Source of the DNA: Chryseobacterium sp.
GTDB taxonomy: Bacteria > Bacteroidota > Bacteroidia > Flavobacteriales > Weeksellaceae
Direction: 5' to 3' (one strand)
Assembly: GCF_031286615.1 (NCBI RefSeq)
Contig: NZ_JAITUA010000008.1
Length of the DNA: 64,000 bases
Shown here: positions 42,015 through 52,636 of the stretch, piece after piece
Layout of the letters: every line of letters starts with the position of its first letter
How positions within the stretch are numbered: the first letter of the stretch is position 1
Translations under genes and position numbers: made by a program
The notes under the pieces: model-generated
The model's input: the letters and a program-made list of their open reading frames with translations, nothing else
Database searches by the model: none
What the model was told of the DNA's origin: nothing

Positions 42015-43022
42015 CTAACTGTTCTTCCCGTGCAGCAGTTTATTAATCTTTCTCCTCGTCTGTACAGACACTTTATAAGCTTCATCACGCAGTTTCTGTA
42101 TTTTTCCTACAGGCTGAAAAAAGATTTTACTTTCAAAAGGATTGAATGAGAGCAGCTCATTGGTACAATCACGGGAATCCAGTAATGACCCCTTATTTAT
42201 TTTTACCTCACCAATCTTAATGAAAGGAGAGTTTTTCCATTCTACATTCAGTTTATTGATTGGTTGATCCTGAAGATCGTAACATAGCTGTATCAATATA
42301 TCAGCAGAGAAATCATGGGTCTGCAGGTAATTTTTTAATGAGTCTTTGATCGGTTGCTTTTTTCCCGTATGTTTATCCACATTCTTAGGAGATAATTTTA
42401 TTTTAATGATTTGATCTCCCAGTCGGTAAGCACCTGCGGAATAATAATCAAATGACAGGATAAAATCATTTCTTTTACCTATCAGCTTGATCATATTACG
42501 AACCATATCACCCGTCAATGCAGAAGGAATTACTTTAATTATCTGAAGCAGCATTGGAAACAGACTGCTCCATTTTTTGATGTAAAACTTATTGACAGCG
42601 GTAAACAACTTCAGGAAAGTAGACACAGAGTTAATTGGGAACAACGGAAAGTTTACCAATGGATAATTGGCTAGTAATCCACCATTCTCATCCTTGATAT
42701 GCACAGCAAACCCATAAGCAGGAATATCCCTTTTAGAGTTTTTAATTTTAAGCTGGGCATTGGAAAACCGTATGGTCAGGTCAAACTTTTCCTTATCAAA
42801 AAAGGGCTGCAAGGATTCCGGAATGTCAGGTTTAGTCCAGAATGTTCCTTTTGCTACCGCATACGTTTTTGCATGGGCATTTCGGGTAGCATAATTGACG
42901 TCACTGATGGAAGAGGATTGTTCAACAAAATCCGCTATTGTTTTTTTATTGAGTTCCAGAAGTTTTTTTTCCTCCTCATTCAGTTCATCAAACTTCTTAT
43001 TATATTTTAATGGATTTGGCAT
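42015..43022 (-). CDS. catalase-related (small heme) family protein
   Basis: The 'ATRNAHAKTYAVAKGTF' segment resembles the R.AHAK.HG motif of catalase-like proteins. Weak call. Confidence 0.35.
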   Translation of the reverse strand: MPNPLKYNKKFDELNEEEKKLLELNKKTIADFVEQSSSISDVNYATRNAHAKTYAVAKGTFWTKPDIPESLQPFFDKEKFDLTIRFSNAQLKIKNSKRDIPAYGFAVHIKDENGGLLANYPLVNFPLFPINSVSTFLKLFTAVNKFYIKKWSSLFPMLLQIIKVIPSALTGDMVRNMIKLIGKRNDFILSFDYYSAGAYRLGDQIIKIKLSPKNVDKHTGKKQPIKDSLKNYLQTHDFSADILIQLCYDLQDQPINKLNVEWKNSPFIKIGEVKINKGSLLDSRDCTNELLSFNPFESKIFFQPVGKIQKLRDEAYKVSVQTRRKINKLLHGKNS

Positions 43023-43321
43023 TTAGTTTTTAAAATTCAATTATAACGCCAAGTTTCGAAATCTGTGTTAAGTAAGTATTACAATTATTTGAACTTTGTG
43101 GAAAAGATGTTTAAAAATAAGGAAATGTAAGATAATATGATTGGTAATTATTGAAAAATAAGAAGTTTAACTTGTTGATTGTTAATGCTTAGTTTTTTTA
43201 ATAAGAATGAATTAAAAGCATGTTGTTTTTGACAGCGAAATACTTTGGATTTTTAAACTTCCCTCATCGTGCTTTCCTCTTCCAACTCTAAAAAGCCTTA
43301 TCTTTGTAAAAAAATTATAAT

Positions 43322-43756
43322 ATGGGAGTAGCAGATTTGTTATTTAAACGTAAAAAAGAATTGGCAGAAAAAAACCTGAAAGATGGTAAAGAATATATGG
43401 AAGAGTATGGTAAAAGAGAAAGCGTTGTGCAGTTACCAAGCGGCTTACAATATGAAATCATTACAGAAGGTGATGGTGCAAAACCAGGGCCTAAGTCTAC
43501 TGTAAAATGCCACTATCACGGAACTACTATTTCCGGTAAAGTATTCGACAGCTCTGTAAAAAGAGGTACGCCTGCATCTTTCCCTTTAAACAGAGTAATT
43601 TCCGGATGGACGGAAGCTCTTCAGTTAATGCCTGTTGGAAGCAAATGGAGACTGATCATTCCACCGCATTTAGCGTATGGAGATCAGGAGATCAGCAAAG
43701 AAATCGGGCCAAACAGTACGCTTGTTTTTGAAGTTGAATTGCTGGATATTAAATAA
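43322..43756 (+). CDS. FKBP-type peptidyl-prolyl cis-trans isomerase
   Basis: 'HYHGT...GKVFDSS..RG.PASFPLN.VI.GW.E......GSKW.L.IP..LAYG'. Confidence 0.9.
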   Translation: MGVADLLFKRKKELAEKNLKDGKEYMEEYGKRESVVQLPSGLQYEIITEGDGAKPGPKSTVKCHYHGTTISGKVFDSSVKRGTPASFPLNRVISGWTEALQLMPVGSKWRLIIPPHLAYGDQEISKEIGPNSTLVFEVELLDIK

Positions 43757-43778
43757 TCCTTCTTAAAAATATATTAAA

Positions 43779-43808
43779 AAATTACCTGATTTCAGGTAAT
43801 TTTTTTTA
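43779..43808 (+). terminator. intrinsic terminator
   Basis: AAATTACCTGA-tt-TCAGGTAATTT followed by T-run. Confidence 0.7.
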
Positions 43809-43901
43809 TTTATACTATATTCGTATTAGTAATTGTAAAAAAAAGGTGACAGGAAAAGATTTGTTTTATAATACGTCCCGGTAACACAAAAATATGACTG
43901 A

Positions 43902-44852
43902 ATGAAAAAACTCTTCTACCTTCTCGCTGTGGTAAGCTTACTGGTGTCCTGTGTTTCCAAAAAAAATCAGGCAATCCAGCAGAATATCCTTACCCTTAAG
44001 GACAGCTACTGTAAAGCTCCCTTTAAGTATAATTACAATAATAAACTTCCGTCTTATAATTCGGATTCTATTTTAGCAGCTAATAAAGAACTCAGCGGAA
44101 TGTTTACCGATCAGAGTGTTTTAATTTTAAATGCATTGGGGAATCTTGATGATGTTCACAAAATCATCGAGCTGAAAAAAGATTCTTCCCTCACTTCACA
44201 AGTTAAAATATTGCAGCTTAAAACCAAAATTAACAGCAGAATTACTATTGCTTTAACAGAACTGGATGCAGTAGCAGCAGAATTTGACTGTGAAGGAGAG
44301 AGAGTAGCCCAGATCGGAAGTTATGTAGATAATCTGAATGCTTCAAGAAATAATAAACTGATTTTATATTCAATCATTGCCGGAGCGGCTTCATCCATTG
44401 CCGGAGGTATTGTGAAAAGTGATGGCTGGGATAATGCAATAGGTATCGGGGGAGGTATCTTAGGAGCAGGATTTGGTTTGGCAACCCTTAATCCCAAAGG
44501 AAAAAAAGTAGAATTTATCCATCAGAGAAATCTTTTGAGGGATATCTGGAAAGAAAAACTGGAGTCTCCCAACTTTCCACCCTTCATCTGGTATATGTAT
44601 ACCGAGAAAAAGTTTTCCAACAAGGAAGAATATTCTATCATAGGAAATATGAAACAGAGATGGCTTCATTATCAGTTTGATGATGTAAAAGAAGCTGCGG
44701 ATAAGTCTGTGATTTTCAGTGATGGAGGTTTTTACAGAGCAGATGATCTCAATAACCGTGCTGCCATGCTCAATCAGATGCAGTCTGCCACCCGTACTAT
44801 CAATCAGAACATCAATTATCTGCTGCTTGATCTGGATAAATTAATTCTTTAA
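43902..44852 (+). CDS. lipoprotein of unknown function
   Basis: Signal peptide with lipobox 'LLVSC'. Confidence 0.6.
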   Translation: MKKLFYLLAVVSLLVSCVSKKNQAIQQNILTLKDSYCKAPFKYNYNNKLPSYNSDSILAANKELSGMFTDQSVLILNALGNLDDVHKIIELKKDSSLTSQVKILQLKTKINSRITIALTELDAVAAEFDCEGERVAQIGSYVDNLNASRNNKLILYSIIAGAASSIAGGIVKSDGWDNAIGIGGGILGAGFGLATLNPKGKKVEFIHQRNLLRDIWKEKLESPNFPPFIWYMYTEKKFSNKEEYSIIGNMKQRWLHYQFDDVKEAADKSVIFSDGGFYRADDLNNRAAMLNQMQSATRTINQNINYLLLDLDKLIL

Positions 44853-44916
44853 GAAAAATTAACTGTAATAAATTTTGTTACATTTAAAAAATGTGTATAT
44901 TTGCAGAGTAATTACA

Positions 44917-45327
44917 ATGAACAACACAAGATTTGCTACGGCAATACATATTATGACATTATTGGCGAAGAGCCCTCAGGAGTGGCTTACTTCCGAGTGG
45001 ATAGCCGGTAGTATCAATGTAAATCCGGTGATTATCCGAAAAGAAATCAGCGTATTAAGAGAAACAGGTCTGATTATTAGCAGACAGGGAAAAGAAGGAG
45101 GAAGCCAGCTTGGCAAAAATGCGGAGTTGATCACTATTTCAGAGATCTATAAAGCAGTAAAAAATACAGAAGTATTAGGCAAAAAAAATCAGAACCCTAA
45201 TCCTGCCTGTAGTGTTGGTAAGGAAATTAACGTTCATTTAAATACATTATTTGAAGAAACAGATCATTTGGTAGTAAAGTTTTTAGGAGATAAGTCATTA
45301 CAGGAATTCGCTGACCAGTTCGAATAA
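44917..45327 (+). CDS. Rrf2-family transcriptional regulator
   Basis: Start trimmed to the ATG at 44917. 'TRFATAIHIMTLLA' and the wHTH 'WLTSEWIAGSINVNPVIIRKEISVLRETGLI'. Confidence 0.7.
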   Translation: MNNTRFATAIHIMTLLAKSPQEWLTSEWIAGSINVNPVIIRKEISVLRETGLIISRQGKEGGSQLGKNAELITISEIYKAVKNTEVLGKKNQNPNPACSVGKEINVHLNTLFEETDHLVVKFLGDKSLQEFADQFE

Positions 45328-45386
45328 AAATTTTTTAACTTTAAATGTAACAAAATTTATTACAATTTAATTAAAAATAAAACATT

Positions 45387-46040
45387 ATGAAAAAAGTAGC
45401 AGTAATTGGTGCAACAGGATTTGTAGGAGCACACGTAGTAGCAGAATTAGCAGACAGAGGTTATGCTGTAGAAGCGTTGGTAAGAGATGCTTCTAAGGTA
45501 AAATCACAGGACAATGTAACAGCAAAAAGCATTGATGTAAACAATGTAGATGAATTAGCTGAAGCATTAAAAGGAAGCGATGCCGTAATCAGTACATTCA
45601 ACGCAGGATGGACGAATCCTAATCTTTACAATGATTTTTTGAATGGTTCTGAAAATATTCAAAAAGCAGTAGAGCAGTCAGGTGTAAAAAGACTTATCGT
45701 AGTAGGAGGAGCAGGAAGCCTTTACACTCCGGATAATGTACAAATCGTAGACACCCCTGATTTCCCGGATGCTTACAAACCAGGAGCTACAGCAGCAAGA
45801 GATTATCTGAACAAAATCAAAGAAAACAAAACGCTGGATTGGACATTCTTCAGCCCTGCAGTGGAAATGAACCAGGCCAATGTAGGAGAAAGAACAGGGA
45901 AATACAGAACATCATTAGAAACTCCGGTATTTGATGAAAACGGAAGAAGCCGTCTGTCTGTAGAAGATGTAGCCGTAGTTTTGGTAGATGAGCTGGAACA
46001 AAACAATCATATCAGAGAACGTTTTACAGCGGCTTATTAA
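45387..46040 (+). CDS. NAD(P)H-binding (atypical SDR/NmrA-like) protein
   Basis: 'KVAVIGATGFVGAHVV' Rossmann motif. Confidence 0.8.
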   Translation: MKKVAVIGATGFVGAHVVAELADRGYAVEALVRDASKVKSQDNVTAKSIDVNNVDELAEALKGSDAVISTFNAGWTNPNLYNDFLNGSENIQKAVEQSGVKRLIVVGGAGSLYTPDNVQIVDTPDFPDAYKPGATAARDYLNKIKENKTLDWTFFSPAVEMNQANVGERTGKYRTSLETPVFDENGRSRLSVEDVAVVLVDELEQNNHIRERFTAAY

Positions 46041-47230
46041 TGATAAAAAAGACAGAAATGATACAAAAGAAATTATTGTCGTTATTGACGCTGTTGGGAT
46101 TTGTCAGCATATTTGCGGGAAACCTCAAAGTGAAAGTATATAATCCGGGAACCAAAGCTATTTTCCCGATTACTTCCACCATTATTTATGGAGATAAAGA
46201 TGCCATACTTGTTGATGCCCAATTTCAGAAACAATACGCGGTGCAGCTTGTGAAAGAAATAAAAGCAACAGGAAAAAACCTTAAAACAGTTTTTATTTCT
46301 CACAGTGATCCTGATTTTTATTTTGGACTGGATGTGATCAGAAAAGCGTTTCCTAATGCAAAGATCATTTCAACAGCGCAGACAGCTTATCTTATATCAG
46401 CTTCCAAAGATGATAAACTTGCAGTGTGGAAACCACAGTTGAAAACAGATGCTCCATCGGAAATTATCGTTCCTGACGCTGCTGTTTCCATTCCTGATCT
46501 TGAAGGAAATAAAATTGAAATCAGACAAAATCCTGAAGATCCGGCACACAGTTTTCTTTGGATTCCTTCCATTAAAACCATTGCTGGCGGGATTTCAGTT
46601 TCTGTAGGTTCACATCTTTGGATGGCAGACACTCAGAACGCAAAAGCAATAGATCAGTGGATAGGACAGATTGATGCAATGAAAGCATTGAAACCTGAAC
46701 AGGTGATTCCTTCCCATTTTGCAGAACTTTCTACCACTCCACAATCTCTTGATTTTGTGAAAAGCTATTTGGAAAACTATAAACAGGTAGTGGCAGAAAA
46801 TAAAACTTCGGATGCTATTGTAGATTTTATGGTTAAAAAATACCCCAATCTTCCTGGAAAAGAAGAGCTTGGAATGGGAGCTAAAGTTTATCTTAAAGAA
46901 ATGGATTGGGATCTGAAATCTCCATACCCGGCCATCGGCCATAAAGTTGAAGTTGATTTTGGAACCATAAAATTCCTTCTTGATTTTAAAGATAATAAAA
47001 CAATGACCTTCACAGGAACAGCAGGAAGTTCAAAAAATAGTACAGATACTGTAGAATATACGGCTGTGGAAGTAGCAAAGAATGTTTTTATGATCTATTG
47101 GCATGAGCCGCATCTTGGCTTCAATGTCACGCATATTCAGGATTATAATAAAAATATTGTGTATTCAAATATTGCAGGTCCCGATGGTACATTTACCCAT
47201 CCGAAGGGAACTCTTAAAATTTTGAAATAA
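46040..47230 (+). CDS. secreted MBL-fold-like hydrolase with an extra C-terminal domain
   Basis: Signal peptide. 'VFISHSDPDFYFG' is a variant of the HxHxDH region. The start overlaps the previous stop (TAATG). Confidence 0.45.
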   Translation: MIKKTEMIQKKLLSLLTLLGFVSIFAGNLKVKVYNPGTKAIFPITSTIIYGDKDAILVDAQFQKQYAVQLVKEIKATGKNLKTVFISHSDPDFYFGLDVIRKAFPNAKIISTAQTAYLISASKDDKLAVWKPQLKTDAPSEIIVPDAAVSIPDLEGNKIEIRQNPEDPAHSFLWIPSIKTIAGGISVSVGSHLWMADTQNAKAIDQWIGQIDAMKALKPEQVIPSHFAELSTTPQSLDFVKSYLENYKQVVAENKTSDAIVDFMVKKYPNLPGKEELGMGAKVYLKEMDWDLKSPYPAIGHKVEVDFGTIKFLLDFKDNKTMTFTGTAGSSKNSTDTVEYTAVEVAKNVFMIYWHEPHLGFNVTHIQDYNKNIVYSNIAGPDGTFTHPKGTLKILK

Positions 47231-47355
47231 TGATAAGAATCAAAAGTACATGTAAATTTTTGCATGTACTTTTTGTTATATTTGATTTGCAGAAAATGAT
47301 TCTTTTAAAAAGAGAAGAGGATCTGTAATTTATTTTTAAAATCAAATAATAACCA

Positions 47356-48039
47356 ATGAAATCAATTAAAATTCTGCCCTTTCTGGTGTTAACCTTATTT
47401 TTATTCAGCTGTGGTAAACTTGCAACTACAGCCGCAGATAAAAAATCTGTTGACGAAGTTCTTAAATTTTACGGAGGCTATGTTGAAACGATGAAAGGAG
47501 TACAAACGCTGAATGGAACATCCAGCGATTTTTTTGAAGTACAGATTAAAGACAGTAAACTGATCAATAATCAACCCCAAAGAGCGATATCTAACGCAGC
47601 CAATATTGCATTTATAGTTTTTCAGAATCAAAAACCTGGAGAATATGATGTTGTAAAAACAAAATTACTTTTATCTGATGGCGCCACTTTTACAAAATCA
47701 TTCACTCAAAAAGAACTGCAGGAAGTAAAAGATATATATCCGGAAATTGATAAGGTCAATTCATTTTTGATTAATAAAAACTACAGCGGAATTCTTGAAA
47801 TGTTTGATCCAAAATTTAAACCTAAAGAGGAAGTAGTTAGAGAAACACTTTCAGGAATGGATTCTCAATTAGGAGCAATAACAAAAATACAGTTTCAGGG
47901 ATTTGAATTTCTTGAAGATTTCAATTTAGGACATATCATTTTAGTAAGGGAGGTGGGGCAGAGAAAGCAGTTGTTTCCTTTTATCAATCTTGCATTTGAC
48001 AGAAAGACAAAGAAACTGTTGAATATTGAATTCCCGTAA
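47356..48039 (+). CDS. lipoprotein of unknown function
   Basis: Lipobox 'LFSCG'. Confidence 0.55.
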   Translation: MKSIKILPFLVLTLFLFSCGKLATTAADKKSVDEVLKFYGGYVETMKGVQTLNGTSSDFFEVQIKDSKLINNQPQRAISNAANIAFIVFQNQKPGEYDVVKTKLLLSDGATFTKSFTQKELQEVKDIYPEIDKVNSFLINKNYSGILEMFDPKFKPKEEVVRETLSGMDSQLGAITKIQFQGFEFLEDFNLGHIILVREVGQRKQLFPFINLAFDRKTKKLLNIEFP

Positions 48040-48063
48040 AAACAGATCTCAGGATTAAAATAA

Positions 48064-48095
48064 AAAGGCCGTTCTATGTGAACAGCCTTTTCTTT
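48064..48095. terminator. bidirectional terminator
   Basis: AAGGCCGTTC-tatgt-GAACAGCCTT between convergent genes. Confidence 0.6.
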
Positions 48096-49118
48096 TTATA
48101 GATTCATAAACAACTTCGGATTAATCGGAGTATTGTTTTTGTGTACTTCATAATGAAGATGAGGACCTGTAGAACGTCCTGAATTTCCGGATTTGGCAAT
48201 CACCTGACCTACTTTTACTTTATCATTTACCTTAGATACAAGTTGAGATAAATGTCCATATAGCGTAGCCAGACCGTTTCCGTGAGAAACAATCACGCAG
48301 TTTCCATAGCCTCCTTTCTGTCCGGAAAAAATGATTGTTCCGGCAGCCGCAGCTCTTACATCAGAACCATAAGCAACAGCAATGTCCAGTCCTTTATGGA
48401 ATTGCATCTGATCAGCTTCAGCAGGCGGATTGTTTTTTTCAGCAGCAGTTTTAGTAGTAGTTCCAGCCACAGCTTTTGTTGTAGATGGAGCTGAGGCAGC
48501 AGCCACAGGAGCGGCCTTTGGAGTAACCATTACTTTCACTTCCCTTTTATTTCCATAGCTGTCTGTAAGTTCAATAATTTTCTCAACAGGTTCAGCTTTT
48601 ACTTCAGGTTTTGGAGCTGCAGCCACTGTCGGTTTTGCTTCCGCTGCTGCACTTGTTTTTACCGAAGCGAAAACAGTTTTGAATGGAATCGGGTTTTTTC
48701 TCACTCCAAAATTAGAGGAAATATATCCGTCTGTAGGCATACCTAATGGAACCTGCATCAGTTTTTTCTGAAGATCCATCAGATACTGGCTGTATCGGTT
48801 GGCCTGTTTGGAAAGATAAATAGAATTTGAAATACTGTCCTGGTTGAGCATCATCAGCTTTTCGTTGGTAATGTCTTTGGACTTCAGGAAGGAATTGAGT
48901 TGAGCCACTGTCTGATCTACAAGTGTAAGATCAGTTTTCATTTTTAGATAATCTACACTGTCTTTTTCAGTGTTTATTTTTACAAGGTTGACTTCGTAGG
49001 TTTTGTCGTCTCTTTCAGAAAAGAGCTTCGCAATGAAGACACCTTGTGCAAAAACTACTAGCAAAAGTCCTCCCAGGAGAATGTTTACGTTCTTCTTGCT
49101 GTTTAGAAATTTTTTCAT
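48096..49118 (-). CDS. M23-family metallopeptidase
   Basis: Start trimmed to the ATG at 49118. 'HKGLDIA', 'GNCVIVSHGNGLATLYGHLS' and 'GNSGRSTGPHLHYEVH'. Confidence 0.9.
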   Translation of the reverse strand: MKKFLNSKKNVNILLGGLLLVVFAQGVFIAKLFSERDDKTYEVNLVKINTEKDSVDYLKMKTDLTLVDQTVAQLNSFLKSKDITNEKLMMLNQDSISNSIYLSKQANRYSQYLMDLQKKLMQVPLGMPTDGYISSNFGVRKNPIPFKTVFASVKTSAAAEAKPTVAAAPKPEVKAEPVEKIIELTDSYGNKREVKVMVTPKAAPVAAASAPSTTKAVAGTTTKTAAEKNNPPAEADQMQFHKGLDIAVAYGSDVRAAAAGTIIFSGQKGGYGNCVIVSHGNGLATLYGHLSQLVSKVNDKVKVGQVIAKSGNSGRSTGPHLHYEVHKNNTPINPKLFMNL

Positions 49119-49318
49119 ATTTCTTCTCTTAGTAAATTTAAAACGGTTTTGAAGCTGCAAATTTAATTAAAAATAAGCTTTGCCGGTTATTTTTAATTAA
49201 AATTCAGTTTTTTCTGTATTTAACGGTTAATTAGCTGTTTAATTGTGTTGAAGTGTTAATTTTTTCAGAAAATGGCGTTTATCATAGTTTCAAAGCCTTT
49301 GTTACGTCTTTGTTTTAA

Positions 49319-49326
49319 TATCTTTG
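49319..49326 (+). promoter_or_regulatory. -7 box TATCTTTG
   Basis: Exact TAnnTTTG match 18 nt upstream of the gpsA ATG at 49344. Confidence 0.4.
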
Positions 49327-49343
49327 CAGTTCACATTCCAATT

Positions 49344-50384
49344 ATGGCTAAAAAGAAAATTATTTCAGAATCTTCGAATCCAAAAAAGAATAAAAAGGAT
49401 ATTTCTGTAGGAGTTGTAGGGAGCGGAAGTTTTGCAACCGCTATCGTAAAAATGCTTGTTGAAAACTGCAAAGTCGTACACTGGTGCGTAAGAAGTGAAT
49501 TTGTAAAAGGAGCCATTGAGCTTCGCGGACACAACCCAACGTATCTTACAGCTGCTCACTTTAATCTGAAAAGCTTAAAATTAACCACGGATATCAATGA
49601 ACTGGTTTCTGCCTGTGACGTTATTGTTCTGGCAACTCCGTCTATCTACCTGTCTGATACATTGGATAAGATGACCTGTGATTATTCCGATAAGATCTTT
49701 ATCTCTGCAATTAAAGGGATTATTCCTAAAGTAAATGATGTGGTAGCTCATTATTTGCGTGATGAATTTAAAATCGGGTTCAGAAATCAGGCTGTTATTG
49801 CAGGACCTTGTCATGCAGAAGAGGTAGCAATGGAAAGACTTTCTTACCTTACCATTGCGGCAGTAGAAGATGAGACGGCTGAAAAACTTGAAGGAATCTT
49901 CAGTTCAGACTTTATCAAAGTACATACAAGTAAAGATATTTTAGGAAATGAGTACAGTGCCATTCTTAAAAATATTTTTGCCATAGGAGCGGGAATAGCA
50001 AGTGGATTAGGATATGGAGACAACTTTACCGCTGTTTTTGTTTCCAATGCAATCCGTGAAATGGAAGCTTTCCTGGAGGCCATTTATGAAGCACCGAGAG
50101 ATGTGAATGAAAGCGCTTATCTGGGTGACCTTCTGGTGACTGCTTACTCACTTTTCTCAAGAAACAGAAACCTTGGAAATCTTATCGGAAAAGGATATAC
50201 CGTGAGATCTGCCATTCAGTCTATGAATATGGTGGCGGAAGGATACTATGCAGCAGATTCTATTTATAAAACAGCAAAACAGAAAAATCTTAAACTTCCG
50301 ATTATAGATACTGTATACGCCATTCTTTATGAAGGTAAAAGCGCTGAAAAACAGTTTAAAAAACTGACTGCAAAATTGAACTAA
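49344..50384 (+). CDS. gpsA: NAD(P)H-dependent glycerol-3-phosphate dehydrogenase
   Basis: Start trimmed to the ATG at 49344. 'VGVVGSGSFATAI', 'IKGI', 'AGPCHAEEVA', 'KNIFAIGAGI' and 'MVAEGYYA'. Confidence 0.85.
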   Translation: MAKKKIISESSNPKKNKKDISVGVVGSGSFATAIVKMLVENCKVVHWCVRSEFVKGAIELRGHNPTYLTAAHFNLKSLKLTTDINELVSACDVIVLATPSIYLSDTLDKMTCDYSDKIFISAIKGIIPKVNDVVAHYLRDEFKIGFRNQAVIAGPCHAEEVAMERLSYLTIAAVEDETAEKLEGIFSSDFIKVHTSKDILGNEYSAILKNIFAIGAGIASGLGYGDNFTAVFVSNAIREMEAFLEAIYEAPRDVNESAYLGDLLVTAYSLFSRNRNLGNLIGKGYTVRSAIQSMNMVAEGYYAADSIYKTAKQKNLKLPIIDTVYAILYEGKSAEKQFKKLTAKLN

Positions 50385-50432
50385 AAACAAGGTTTTATTG
50401 CTGAAATCTTGTTTGTAAAATAAAATTAACTG

Positions 50433-50465
50433 AAACTTAAGCATTCCAATGCTTAAGTTTTTTTG
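50433..50465 (+). terminator. intrinsic terminator
   Basis: AAACTTAAGCATT-cca-ATGCTTAAGTTT followed by T-run. Confidence 0.75.
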
Positions 50466-50661
50466 TGCTCATTTTGATGATCCGGAAGATGAAATGTTCT
50501 GATATTATCAATCATTTCAATGGTGTTTTATTGAAATTTTCCATGGTTTTTTGTTGTGTACTCAAGAAGTGTTTTTGCAGCAAAAAATAACGTGTTAAAA
50601 TCGTTAAACGCGTTCCTGTTTTTAAAACTTTTCCCGAAATTTGAAGTAAAATTTAAAAATT

Positions 50662-52167
50662 ATGTCACAATCGCTTACAAGCAGAACACCGAAACCTAAA
50701 TATGACGTTGTACTGATAGGCGGCGGAATCATGAGCGCCACTTTAGCAACGCTGCTTCATGAATTTGATCCAAAACTTGAAATTGCAATCTTTGAAAGAC
50801 TGGGAAGGTTTGCCAAAGAAAGTACAGCAGCATGGAACAACGCCGGAACAGGGCACTCCGCATTTTGTGAGCTAAATTATACCCCGGAAAAACCAGACGG
50901 GTCTATTGATATTACCAAAGCAGAAAGTATTGCAGAACAGTTTGAAATCTCAAAACAATTCTGGGCGTATCTTCTCACCAAAGGTTATATTCATGAGCCA
51001 AAAGAATTCATTAATTCCTGCCCGCACATGAGTCTGGTTTTCGGAGAAAAAGATGCTGAATACCTTAGAAAACGCCACGATAAAATGGCAGAATCTGTTC
51101 TTTTCTCAGGAATGGAATTTTCTACAGATCATGAAAAACTGAGAGAATGGATTCCTCTGGTAATGAGCAAAAGAAATCAGTCTGAAGTAATGGCAGCCAC
51201 GAAGATGGATATGGGGACGGATGTGAACTTCGGAACACTGACAAGAAAAATGGGAAGACATCTTCTGGAAGATTCCAATGTTGAGGTTTTCCTATACCAT
51301 GAAGTGAAGGACATAGATCCAAGAGAAGACGGGAAGTGGGAAATGAAGGTAAAAGACAGAATTCATAGTCACAAACAGGAAGTGGTGGCAGATTTTGTAT
51401 TTATCGGAGCAGGAGGATATGCGCTTCCGTTATTGGACAGTTCAGATATTAAAGAAAGTGAAGGCTACGGAGGTTTCCCGGTTTCCGGACAGTGGCTGGT
51501 AAGCCATAACCAGGAATTGGTAGAAAAACACCAGGCTAAAGTATATACGCAGGCTACGGTAGACGCACCTCCAATGTCTGTTCCACACCTTGACCTTAGA
51601 ATTATTGATGGTAAGAAGGCTCTTCTTTTCGGACCTTTTGCAGGATTCTCCACCAAATTTCTAAGAGAAGGAAGCTATCTTGACCTTCCTGAAAGTGTAA
51701 ACACCAAGAACCTGAAATCACTTTTCGGAGCGTGGTGGCATAATATTCCTCTGACGAAATACCTTATCCAGCAGGTTGCGATGACGAAATCTCAGAGAAT
51801 GCAGCATTTAAGAGAATTTATCAAAGATGCCAAAGAAGACGACTGGGAATTGAAAGTAGCAGGACAGAGAGTTCAGGTCATCAAAAAAGATGAAAAAGAA
51901 GGAGGTAAGCTGGAATTCGGAACTGAAGTGGTTGTGAATAAGAACGGAACAATTGCTTCTTTGCTGGGAGCTTCACCAGGAGCATCTACAGCGGTATATG
52001 CCATGTTGAATGTGCTGGAAAAATGCTTCCCGGAAAAGCTTCATGGTGAATGGAAAGGGAAATTGCTTGAAATGGTTCCTTCTTATGGACAAAAACTGGC
52101 TGAAAATCCTGCTTTGACCAATGAAGTGAGAAATTATACAAAAGAAAAATTAGAATTAGAATATTAA
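50662..52167 (+). CDS. mqo: malate:quinone oxidoreductase
   Basis: 'DVVLIGGGIMSATLATLL', 'WNNAGTGHSAFCELNYT' and 'LLGASPGASTAV'. Confidence 0.9.
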   Translation: MSQSLTSRTPKPKYDVVLIGGGIMSATLATLLHEFDPKLEIAIFERLGRFAKESTAAWNNAGTGHSAFCELNYTPEKPDGSIDITKAESIAEQFEISKQFWAYLLTKGYIHEPKEFINSCPHMSLVFGEKDAEYLRKRHDKMAESVLFSGMEFSTDHEKLREWIPLVMSKRNQSEVMAATKMDMGTDVNFGTLTRKMGRHLLEDSNVEVFLYHEVKDIDPREDGKWEMKVKDRIHSHKQEVVADFVFIGAGGYALPLLDSSDIKESEGYGGFPVSGQWLVSHNQELVEKHQAKVYTQATVDAPPMSVPHLDLRIIDGKKALLFGPFAGFSTKFLREGSYLDLPESVNTKNLKSLFGAWWHNIPLTKYLIQQVAMTKSQRMQHLREFIKDAKEDDWELKVAGQRVQVIKKDEKEGGKLEFGTEVVVNKNGTIASLLGASPGASTAVYAMLNVLEKCFPEKLHGEWKGKLLEMVPSYGQKLAENPALTNEVRNYTKEKLELEY

Positions 52168-52171
52168 TACC

Positions 52172-52218
52172 AATAATGAGCAATGAGTAGCAGCAGCTAT
52201 TACTCATTGCTCATTTTT
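52172..52218 (+). terminator. terminator hairpin of the AATGAGCAATGAGTA family
   Basis: AATAATGAGCAATGAGTA-gcagcagc-TATTACTCATTGCTCATT followed by T-run. Confidence 0.7.
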
Positions 52219-52233
52219 ATTACTGATTAAAAG

Positions 52234-52635
52234 GTGGAAGAAGTAATTGTAAAACCTGTCATTGCTAAGGAAATCCTGGAATCTTTTAAGGCAAAAACGG
52301 AAGAGGAGAAGCAGGTGATTGTACACTGTTGCTTTCCGGCATCACCGTTTTTAGGAAACCTGATCAGGATCTGGCATTCGACCTATCTTTTTGATAACCA
52401 GTCTGAACATAGAAGTAAATTGATTCATGCAGAAAACATATCAATTTCTCCTTATTGGACTCCGGTTCCTTTTATGAGAGATTTTTGGTTTACCCTGATA
52501 TTTTCCGGGCTTCCGAAAGATTGCAAAAGTTTTGATTTAAAAGAAGTAATTCCTGAAGAAGGCGGCTTTTTTGTAGAATCAATCAAGAGAAATTCTTCCG
52601 ATGTGTATCGGGTAAAAATTTCAGAATCTTATTAA
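52234..52635 (+). CDS. hypothetical protein
   Basis: 133 aa, GTG start. The stop lies 1 nt before the next start. Confidence 0.45.
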   Translation: MEEVIVKPVIAKEILESFKAKTEEEKQVIVHCCFPASPFLGNLIRIWHSTYLFDNQSEHRSKLIHAENISISPYWTPVPFMRDFWFTLIFSGLPKDCKSFDLKEVIPEEGGFFVESIKRNSSDVYRVKISESY

Positions 52636-52636
52636 T